Shown: one piece after another, positions 22,622 through 35,220 of the stretch
Layout of the letters: each line of letters opens with the position of its first letter
Numbering within the stretch: the stretch's first letter is position 1
From: Malacoraja senta
Lineage: Eukaryota
Assembly: GCA_038087875.1 (NCBI GenBank)
Contig: JAXLNO010000307.1
Span: forward strand, 1 to 35,220
Direction of reading: 5' to 3'
Length of the DNA: 35,220 nt
Program-made: the position numbers and the translations under genes
Notes under the pieces: model-generated
Database searches by the model: none
What the model was told of the DNA's origin: nothing
What the model saw: the letters and a program-made list of their open reading frames with translations, nothing else

Positions 22622-22875
22622 GTGATACAGCGTGGAAACAGGCCCTTCGGCCCAACGTTCAAACCGACCAACGTGTCCCAGTTGCACTAGTCCCTGGCGT
22701 CTGGTCCATATCCCTCCAATCCCGTCCTATCGGTGTAAACTTGTAGCGGTTTCTTGAACTTTGGGATAGTCCCAACCTTAACTATCTCCTCTGGCAGCTA
22801 GTTCCATACACCCACCACCCTCTGTGTGGAAACGTTACTCATAGATTCCTATTAACTCTTTTTTTTCCTTCACCT
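22622..22875 (-). mobile_element. Older CR1-type 3' fragment
   Basis: GATACAGCGTGGAAACAGGCCCTTCGGCCCAAC tail and TTCCATACACCCACCACCCTCTGTGTGGAA (reverse of FHTEGGGCMEL/TQRVVGVWN). Confidence 0.7.
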
Positions 22876-22894
22876 TGCATCAACGTCGTCTGGT

Positions 22895-23212
22895 CAGGCA
22901 AACGTCTCCGTTGCCATGCTGTGAAAACGGAGAGGATGAGAAGGAGTTTCTTCCCAGAGGCCATTAGGACTGTAAACTCCTATCTCACCAGGGACTAACT
23001 TTACTGAACCATTTTACTGTTGTGTGGTGTCTTTTTAAAAATAACTTTTTTTTCTTTTTTTCCTCCCACAAATATGTAATATGTGAATATGTGATTCTGT
23101 CCATTCTGTTTTGTAGTTTTTTGCACAATCCGCCAGCATTGCCACTTTCCATGTCACTGCACATCTCGTATGTGTATGTGACGAATAAACTTGACTTGAC
23201 TTGACTTGACTT
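22895..23212 (+). mobile_element. Rex1/Babar-like LINE 3' end
   Basis: SGKRLRCHAVKTERMRRSFFPEAIRTVN, then a 3' UTR with AATAAA followed by (CTTGA)n. Confidence 0.78.
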
Positions 23213-23712
23213 GGTCCTCGATTCACCTACTCTGACCAATCTATAGGGAGGTTGCACGGCAGTCGGGGTCACGACCCTTGACCTGTACTGTTGCCACGCA
23301 AAGCGAACTGGAGTACTTGCGGTGAACGTCGGGTAAGCGCTTACCACGGCTTCCAGTGCAACGGGCCCGTATTCTGTCCCACCATTCGGACTCCACGCTG
23401 ACTGGTTCCACACTGACGTACCCCGGCCGTCTATTCCCGCGGCTGGGGGTCGAGGGGTGTTCGGGTGTGGAGGGGGGGGGGTGGTGTCCGGTGCCGGTGC
23501 AACGCGGTCAGTGACTCTGGGTGGAGGGAGGGACCAGACTGTCCCCAACTCTGCTGCAGCTGACGGGGACGTTGCCGGGTTTTCGTCCCCGTGTGTCCGC
23601 TGCCCGGAGCCGCGGCCCTGCTCCACCCGGCCCCGTGTGTGTGGGCGCTGCCGACCCACAGCCCGTGACAGTGCGGCCGCACAGGGGGAGACGGGGCGGT
23701 GGGCGGCCTTGG

Positions 23713-26902
<3,190 letters not shown>

Positions 26903-27094
26903 TGAGTGAATAAATCTCCCCTCGTCTTTTTCCCAAAATAAGGTATTTTAATTCTGAAGCTATGACACCAAGTTCCACTCTTCCACTAATGGCGCATTCT
27001 CTCCACATCCAGAGCCAGCACAACTTTCCTCAGATATGGTGCCCACAATTGCTCACAATAATCTAAATGCGGCCTGACCAACGCTTTACAGAGA

Positions 27095-27858
27095 CTCAAC
27101 TAAATGGTGGCCGATTAGGAAAAGGGGAGATGCAACGAGACCTGGGTGTCATGGTACACCAGTCATTGAAAGTAGGCATGCAGGTGCAGCAGGCAGTGAA
27201 GAAAGCAAATTGTATCTTAGCATTCATAGCAAAATGATTTGAGTATAGGAGCAGGGAGGTTCTACTGCAGTTGTACAGGGTCTTGGAGGGACCACACCTG
27301 GAGTATTGCGTACAGTTTCGGTCTCCTAATCTGAAGAAGGACATTCTTGCCATAGAGGGAGTACAGAGAAGGTTCACCAGACTGATTCCTGGGATGTCAG
27401 GACTTTCATATGAAGAAAGACTGGATAGACTCGGCTTGTACTCGCTAGAATTTAGAAGATTGAGGGGGGATCTCATAGAAACTTACAAAATTCTTAAGGG
27501 GTTGGACAGCTAGATGCAGGAACATTGTTCCCGATGTTGGGGAAGTCCAGAACAAGGGGTCACAGTTCAAGGATAAAGGGGAAATCTTTTAGGACCGAGA
27601 TGAGAAAAACATTTTTCACACAGAGAGTGGTGAATCTCTGGAATTCTCTGCCACAGAAGTTAGTTGAGGCCAGTTCATTGGCTATAGTTAAGAGGGAGTT
27701 AGATGTGGCCCTTGTGGCTAAAGGGATCAGGGGGTATGGAGAGAAGGTAAGTACAGGATACTGAGTTGGATGATCATATTGAATAGCGGTGCAGGCTCGA
27801 AGGGTCGAATGGCCTACTCCTGCACCTATTTTCCACGTTTCTATGTTTCTATGTTTCT
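27095..27858 (+). mobile_element. CR1-type LINE 3' fragment
   Basis: ORFs 27271..27513 and 27525..27764; (TTTCTATG)n tail. Confidence 0.93.
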
Positions 27859-28482
27859 AACAGCAATAAACAGTACAGAACAGTACAAAACCTATATATC
27901 CCCCTCCACATCCCCAAGGCTCAAAAAAGAGAAAGAGAAAAAAACCTGATAAAAATAATTGAAAACTTAAAAAAGGCAGATTCTTTGTGTTCAAATGTTA
28001 CATGTTAACAACAGCAACATACACACATAAATAAATGATTATGACTGTGTAGACAATATTTTCAGTTAAAGGAAACATCTTTAATAAAATCTATAAAAGG
28101 GTTCCAGGTCAGAGGGAAGTTTCTGCGGGCCTTGCACCGTTTATACCTGATCTTTTCCAAGAGTAAAAAGGCGAGCATCTCCTTTAACCACTGCAAAAAA
28201 GGTGGAGCTTTTTTTGACTTCCAGTTGAAAAGAATAAGCCAGCGAGCAAGCAATGATGCTTGTAAATTTGTCAGCTTACAGTGTGGGGGTGGTATTCCAA
28301 AGATAGCTATGTGCAAGTCAGGATTTATATTCTGTCCGCAGATATGAGAGTTTAACTCAAATATCTTTTCCCAGTTGCTGTTGAGAGGGGGACATGCCCA
28401 AAACATGTGTCCGACAGAGGCTGGGCTATGGCCACATCTAGGGCAGCCAGGATCTGTGGTAGAAAAGATTCTGGCAAGTTTA

Positions 28483-28809
28483 GGGCCTGTCCCACTTTCC
28501 CGAGTTACTCACGAATTCTCCCGAGTTTTCCCCTTGATTCATACTCGGAAATGCCAGCCATAGGTTCTCGGGGTTATTTTTTTTACTCGTGCACATTTTT
28601 CAACATGCTGAAAAAACGTCCCGACTCACCTGATGCCCCGCGTACATACGGCTGGCATAACGAGCCACTACGAAATATCTACGGACTCCTACGGACTCGC
28701 TACGGACTCCTCCGGACTCCTCCGGACTCGCTACGGACATTCTCCGAGTTTGAATCAAGGGGAAAACTCGGGAGAATTCGTGAGTAACTCTGGAAAGTGG
28801 GACAGGCCC
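28483..28809. mobile_element. PIF/Harbinger-type MITE, intact
   Basis: About 65-bp TIRs starting GGGCCTGTCCCACTTTCC; 3-bp TTA duplication at 28480-28482 and 28810-28812 (TWA is the Harbinger signature). Confidence 0.9.
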
Positions 28810-28968
28810 TTAAGTCTCTTGAATAATGAAGACAGAGAAGCATTTTAAATTGGATCAACCCATGGCGTATAAACAGCGAAGATGTGTGCATACGAATTAA
28901 GCTCTCTCGCCACACCTCATCAGAAAGCTCCACACACAGGTCCCTCTGCCAAGCCGCTTTAGTTTTGC

Positions 28969-29065
28969 ATAGATACATAGATGCATAGAAAATAGGAGTA
29001 GGCCATTCGGCCCTTCGAGCCTGCACCGCCATTCAATATGATCATGGCTGATCATCCAACTCAGT
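28969..29065 (-). mobile_element. CR1 3' tail nested in L1
   Basis: Reverse complement of the CR1 3' UTR (GGCCATTCGGCCCTTCGAGCC). Confidence 0.88.
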
Positions 29066-29171
29066 CCCAGGTTATCTGTTATAAATCCTGTATTCATGTT
29101 TAAATTGCTGAAAAACGTTTCTTGTCAAAGGGGTCCAACTCCAGAATAGTGGCTAATTGGCTCTCAGTGGA

Positions 29172-30023
29172 GAGATGCGTGGCAGATGCAGTATAATATA
29201 GATAAATGTGAGGTTATCTATTTTGGCGGCAAAAACAAGGGGGCAGATTATTATCTGAATGGGGTTAGGTTAGGTAAGGGGGAGGTGCAGCGAGACCTGG
29301 GCGTCCTTGTACACCGGTCATTGAAAGTTGGCGTGCAGGTACAGCAGGCAGAGAAGAAAGCTAATGGAATGTTGGCCTTCATTACAAGAGGATTTCAGTA
29401 TAGGAGTAAAGCGGTTCTTCTGCAGTTGGACAGGGCTCTGGTTAGACCACATCTGGAGTATTGTGTACAGTTTGGTCTCCTAATTTGAGGAAGGACATCC
29501 TTGTGATTGAGGCTGTGCAGCGTAGGTTCACAAGATTGATCCCTGGGATGGCGGGACTGTCATATGAGGAAAGATTGAAAAGACTAGGCTTGTATTCACT
29601 GGAGTTTAGAAGGATGAGGGGGATCTTATAGAAACATATAAAATTATAAAAGGACTGGACAAGCTAGATGCAGGAAAAATGTTCCCAAATGTTGGGCGAG
29701 TGCAGAACCAGGGGCCACAGTCTTAGAATAAAGGAGAGGTCATTTAAGACTGAAGTGAGAAAAAACTTGTTCACCCAGAGAGTGGTGAATTTATGGAATT
29801 CCCTGCCACAGAGGGCAGTGGAGGCCAAATCACTGGATGGATTTAAGAGAGAGTTAGATGGAGCTCTAGGGGCTAGTGGAGTCAAGGGATATGGGGAGAA
29901 GGCAGGCACGGGTTATTGATAGGGGACGATCAGCCATGATCACAATGAATGGCGGTGCTGGCTCGAAGGGCCGAATGGCCTCCTCCTGCACCTATTTTCT
30001 ATGTTTCTATGTCTATGTTTCTA
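29172..30023 (+). mobile_element. CR1-type LINE 3' fragment nested in L1
   Basis: ORFs 29186..29488 and 29668..29919; flanked by TGGA at 29168-29171 and 30024-30027. Confidence 0.93.
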
Positions 30024-30295
30024 TGGACCGATGAGGAAATGTGGGAAACACTGTTTTAGCAAAGCTCCGCATTTGAAGATACCTGAGGAAACGAGATCTG
30101 TTTATATTGTGGTCTTCAGTAAGCGTTTCAAAGTAAGTGAACATTCCGTCAGTAACCAAGTCACAAAAATATACCAGTCCATTCCTATGCCAATATGAAA
30201 ACGCAGTAACTAACATGGAGGATGTAAAAAAATGATTATTTGCCACCGGGAAAAGCCTGCTGGTACGTTTTAGTCCAAAATGTTTCCTGAACTGT

Positions 30296-30405
30296 TCGAT
30301 CTGTTTTGTAGTCAATGCCTTCTATGTTCTGTTGTGCTGAAGCAAAGCAAGAAATTCATTGTCCTATCAGGGACACATGACAATAAACTCACTTGAACTT
30401 GAACT
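30296..30405 (+). mobile_element. Short retroposon 3' end with (CTTGAA)n tail nested in L1
   Basis: AATAAA then ACTTGAACTTGAACTTGAAC; flanked by TGAACTGT at 30288-30295 and 30406-30413. Confidence 0.75.
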
Positions 30406-30601
30406 TGAACTGTAGCCATATTTTAAGCGAGGTTTTAATCACCGGGTTTGTCATTTGTATTTTACGATTATACGATAGTGAGCAGGTGATTATCGGTAGT
30501 GGATCAGATAGGAGTTCCATCTCTGCCCAGCCTGTGCCCTGTTTACTCTCATATGAATATGTCCAATGTAAAAGTTTTACAATATTTGCAGTCCAGTAGT
30601 A

Positions 30602-30946
30602 GCATAGAAACATAGAAACATTGAAAATAGGTGCAGGAGGAGGCCATTCGACCCTTCGAGCCAGCACCGCCATTAATTATAATCATGGCTGATCGTCTCA
30701 TATCAATAACCCGTGCCTGCCTTCTCCCCATATCCCTTGACTACACTAGCCCCCCAGAGCTCTATCTAACTCTCTCTTAAATCCATCCAGTGATTTGGCC
30801 TCCACTGCCCTCTGTGGCAGGGAATTCCACAAATTCACAACTCCCTGGGTGAAAAAGTTTTTTCTCACCTCAGTCTTAAATGACCTCCCCTTTATTCTAA
30901 GACTGTGTGTGGCCCCTGGATCTGGACTCGCCCAACATTGGGAACA
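30602..30946 (-). mobile_element. CR1-type LINE 3' fragment nested in L1
   Basis: Reverse CR1 3' end flanked by TAGTA at 30597-30601 and 30947-30951. Confidence 0.92.
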
Positions 30947-31522
30947 TAGTAATGGATAAAGCTAGGCAAGCCTAGACCACCTGCCTTCTAAGGAACTGAG
31001 AGTGGTAGTGTTGACCATTTGTTGAAGTCCTGTGTTGTTCATTCTAGTAATGATTTAAACGTATGGCTGTGTGAACCTCCCATGGTATGGGTGACTTTAA
31101 TTCCCAGGTAAGTAAACATATTTTCTCAAGTTTAAATGGAAGCTGGAGCAGTCGCCGTCAGTGTGATTGATTGAGAAAAGCAAGCTCTTTGAGTAATTTA
31201 TCATATAACCTGACAGGCGGCCAACATTCTCTAATATATGCAGTAGCTTTGGTATGGAGTCAGTTCGGTTGGATATATATACCAGCAGGTCGTCCGCGTA
31301 CAGCGATACTTTGTGGGATTTACCACTTCGAAAGATACCTCTGAAACCATCTTCTGTCCTAAGAGCTATAGCAAGTGGTTCTATTGCCAAATCAAATAAG
31401 TAGGGAGAAAAGCTGCAGCCCTGTCTGTAGCCCCGATGGAGCTGGAAGTAGTCGGAGATTATATTGTTGGTCCACACAGCTGCAGTTCGAGCAAAATATA
31501 ACATTTTAATCCATAATAAAAA

Positions 31523-31563
31523 TGATAGAGAGATAGATAGATAGAGAGAGAGATAGGATAGAT

Positions 31564-31645
<82 letters not shown>

Positions 31646-31658
31646 GAGATAGAGCGAT

Positions 31659-31706
<48 letters not shown>

Positions 31707-31707
31707 C

Positions 31708-31785
<78 letters not shown>

Positions 31786-31818
31786 GTAGATAGATAGATA
31801 GATAGATACATAGATAGT
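31523..31818. repeat. Compound (GATA)n/(GA)n microsatellite
   Basis: Directly visible. Confidence 0.97.
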
Positions 31819-31964
31819 TAGCTGCGCCTGCGTAATAAGATATGGTTGAGATCTTGAAGTTCCTTGGAATTAATATTACTAATAATCGTCGTGGACCAAC
31901 TACACTGACGTAACAAGAACACCCACCAGCGCCTTTACTCCGTGTCGAGTCTGGAGACATTTTG
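31819..31964 (+). mobile_element. Decayed Rex1/Babar-like RT fragment; left arm of an inverted duplication
   Basis: MVEILKFLGINITNN..WTN..HQRLY resembles FKFLG..I.NDLSW..KAHQRLYFL; reverse complement of 32370-32515. Confidence 0.75.
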
Positions 31965-32145
31965 AAAAGATATCCCCTTTATGCTTAAACTGTGACCCCT
32001 TGTTCTGGACACCGCCAACATCGGGAACAATATTCCTGCATCTAGCCTGTCCAACCCCTCTAAGAATTGTGTTAGTTTCTACAAGAGCCCCCCTCGGTTT
32101 TCTAAATTCCAGCGAGTACAAGCCGAGTCTATCCAGTCTTTCCAC
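31965..32145 (-). mobile_element. CR1 internal fragment
   Basis: [23 protein letters not shown] in ORF 31900..32145. Confidence 0.85.
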
Positions 32146-32180
32146 ATATACGGGTGCTGTCTGTATGGAGTTTGTACGTT

Positions 32181-32515
32181 GAAATGTGGTGTGTAGAAGG
32201 ATTCATTGGTGGGAACAGTGATTTCTGCGATTGGCTGAGCACATATACTACTCTCTGTAATTTCTGGAGCTCTTGGGCATTGGATCTCCCAAAATAGGAT
32301 GTGATGCAACCAGATAGTATAGTTTCTATGGTGCATCTTTAGAAGTTTCCAGAGCAATTGGAGGAGATGCAAAATGTCACAAGACTCGACACGGAGTAAA
32401 GGCGTTGGTGGACATTCTTGTTATGTCAGTGTGGTTTGTCCACGACGATCATTAGTAATATTAATTCCAATGAACTTCAAGATCTCAACCATACCTTATT
32501 ACGCAGGGGCAGCTA
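32181..32515 (-). mobile_element. Decayed Rex1/Babar-like RT fragment; contains the right arm of the inverted duplication
   Basis: Continues [23 protein letters not shown], matching the Rex1 pattern FYRCTIESIL.GCIT.W.G..LQRVV. Confidence 0.75.
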
Positions 32516-34041
<1,526 letters not shown>

Positions 34042-34042
34042 T

Positions 34043-35220
<1,178 letters not shown>

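Larger units (their letters stand above)
27860..31525 (-). mobile_element. Single L1-clade LINE copy (RT to 3' UTR) broken by five nested insertions
   Basis: Collinear pieces: RGYRQGCSFSPYLF..SLYADDLL..SGYMINYSKS (31097-31520), KAGGLGLPSFIHYYW, LKIWLQFRKHF, FLRYLQMRSF, LIQFKMLLCLHYS, CPRC..GHMFWAC (CCHC), stop at 28062. Confidence 0.9.

Overview
This is vertebrate, repeat-saturated genomic DNA, very likely from a cartilaginous fish (skate/ray/shark). That assignment rests on HER1/CR1-type LINEs, an HE1-like V-SINE and the GPCR type. I can support one host gene: a two-exon, minus-strand class A orphan GPCR of the GPR139/GPR142-like group (exon 1 21351-21282, missed by the ORF track; exon 2 19816-18912; 324 aa). 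The rest is mostly mobile DNA: about 18 CR1 fragments (one with an uninterrupted 843-codon ORF2), L1/Tx1, L2, Rex1/Babar and Penelope fragments, a Tc1 relic, Harbinger-type MITEs, V-SINEs and long microsatellites. The more unusual structures are a family of apparently non-autonomous Helitron-like elements whose 5' ends carry (TCTA)n arrays, an L1 copy split by five nested insertions, a 146-bp inverted duplication, and a 19-bp CCCTAAA-containing minisatellite. No prokaryotic features, CRISPR or RNA genes were seen. Family names come from motif recognition only (no searches run), and repeat boundaries are approximate unless a TSD or splice site is quoted.
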